Below are positions 62,398 through 64,000 of a stretch of DNA of 64,000 bases, in pieces; the first letter of the stretch is position 1; each line of letters opens with the position of its first letter. Below the pieces are notes generated by a model, which did no database searches, had not been told where the DNA came from, and saw only the letters and a list, made by a program, of their open reading frames with translations. Source of the DNA: Eledone cirrhosa (Eukaryota); NCBI GenBank assembly GCA_964016885.1, contig OZ024755.1, positions 16,058,001 through 16,122,000 of the forward strand, given 5' to 3'. A program made the position numbers and the translations under genes.

Positions 62398-63521
62398 TAT
62401 ACTCCACTATGTATTGAGTACCTTACTTACCGTGGTTACCCCCGATTGAACAAAGGACAAATATACACACATATATAGAAAGAGAGATGGGTGGGGAGAG
62501 CATACGAACAATCAGGCGTGAAACTCAAATGTTGATTTAAACTTTACACAAACAAATATATCACAAAAAGACGGTATTTGTGTGTGTAAGCTAGAGAGAG
62601 AACCTGTTGATTTAAGTTTTTAAACTTAAACGAAGAGGTAGTGAAGGAGAGTGGTGGGGTGGTAATGTTTGTATGTTTGAGAGATGGGGAGAATGATAGA
62701 GGCGGGGGGGAATAGAGAGAGTGAGAGGTAGAAAGGGGGGAATAGAGAGAGGGGAAGCGATAGAACAGGTCGCATGATTGACAAATAGAGAGAAAGTGAG
62801 ATATAGAAAGAGAAGAAATGGAGAGAATGAGAGAGAGATATGAAGGGAGAGGGTAAGAAATAAAGAGAAATGGAGAGAATAAGAGAGGGTGAAAGATAGG
62901 AAGAGGAAGGGAAACAGATAATTGTTTCTACTTTAGGCACAAGGCCAGCAATTACCCAGTGCATAGATAATGTGTGAGAGAAAGATTGGGGGAGTAAAGG
63001 TAAAAAATAAGCAGGTAGTGAGAATACAATTTAATTGATAAGAAACAACGTGGAGTGATAACTTTGTATGAAAACTACTGTTGGTAATAATATTTTATTA
63101 ATCTTTAATAGTTTGTATCATGTATTGATGATAGTGGTTGTAGTGGTGGTGTGTGTTAGTCTGTCTGTCTTTCTATCCATCTCTGTGCCTATCTGTTTGT
63201 CTCTGTCTACCTGCCTGCCTACCATTCTATATATGCGTACAGTATATATATATTTGTTTTTAATGTTGCTTAGACACAAGTCAACCCTGATTTCAACAGA
63301 CATGTTCAGATGCATTCCAACCACGACCATCCTGTCTTTTCCCCTGTGCAGAGAACAACCCTAGGTTACATTATCCAATATTCGCCTTATATTCTTTTCT
63401 TTTTTAAGACGGTGAAGTATGATTTAAGAGAATGTTGGCTGTTACTTTTAGCAGGTTGAGTGACCACGCAGAGGCTCTTTCGTTGACGAGTGTGTAATGT
63501 GTTTGTTTATGGTGTACGCGT

Positions 63522-63845
63522 GGAAGCCCGTGACTTAGTGACTAGAGTGTTCAGTTCACGATCGTTAAGTCGTGAGTTCGATTTCCCAGCAGCGTGTTGT
63601 GTTCTTGGGCAGATACTTTATTTTACGTCGCTCCAATTTACTCAGCTGGCAAAAATGAGTTGTACATGTAATTCAAACGACCAATCTTGTCCATGCATTG
63701 TGTCACGCTGAATCTTGCTAAGAACTACGTCACAGGTACGCACTTGTATGTGGAATGCTCAGCCACTTGCACGTTAATTTCATGAACTAGCTGTTCCGTT
63801 GTTCAAACCACAAGAGCACTCCTCGTCGTGACCGACAAAGGCCCT
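63522..63845 (+). mobile_element. tRNA-derived SINE family C
   Basis: Head tgacttagtg..gagttcgatttcc. The body is shared with 38780-39045 (minus), 520-660 (minus) and 48800-48950. Confidence 0.75.
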
Positions 63846-64000
63846 TACGTTCAATTCAAATGTACGTGTGTATATCTTACTTCATACGTTGAAATTGTGT
63901 GACAGAAGTGCGACGAAACGTCATGATACTTCATAACAAACGGTACAGTTAAGAATGTAGCATGTTTTATGTGTTCTTAAAATGGTTTTAGATGACTTCC

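Overview
This is AT-rich, microsatellite-dense eukaryotic DNA made almost entirely of transposable-element debris. The repeat content looks like a cephalopod (octopus-like) genome, which is an inference and was not checked. Recognisable elements: a near-full-length RTE-clade LINE (14.7-17.66 kb, minus strand, with an internal inversion and a PHD-like finger inside the RT), many RTE fragments, R4/Dong-type, CRE-type and CR1/L2-type LINE fragments, several tRNA-derived SINE families (one sharing its 3' tail with the RTE LINE), Helitron remnants, and mariner-, piggyBac- and hAT-like MITEs. A possible host gene on the plus strand is suggested by a CpG-rich promoter-like patch at about 31.5 kb and small phase-compatible exons at 35.7 and 36.7 kb. 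The most striking signal is a dense set of short non-coding elements from several unrelated families. They carry type I hammerhead ribozyme motifs and/or form long fold-back palindromes with a single-copy tail, usually abutting (TA)n, an architecture typical of Penelope-like-element pLTRs and retrozymes. Four of these families share an unusual U.U pair at the base of stem II, and one copy is a 505-bp monomer with a ~120-bp direct terminal repeat. Most ORFs in the supplied track are microsatellite or antisense artefacts. All structures were read by eye, and coordinates of degraded repeats are approximate.
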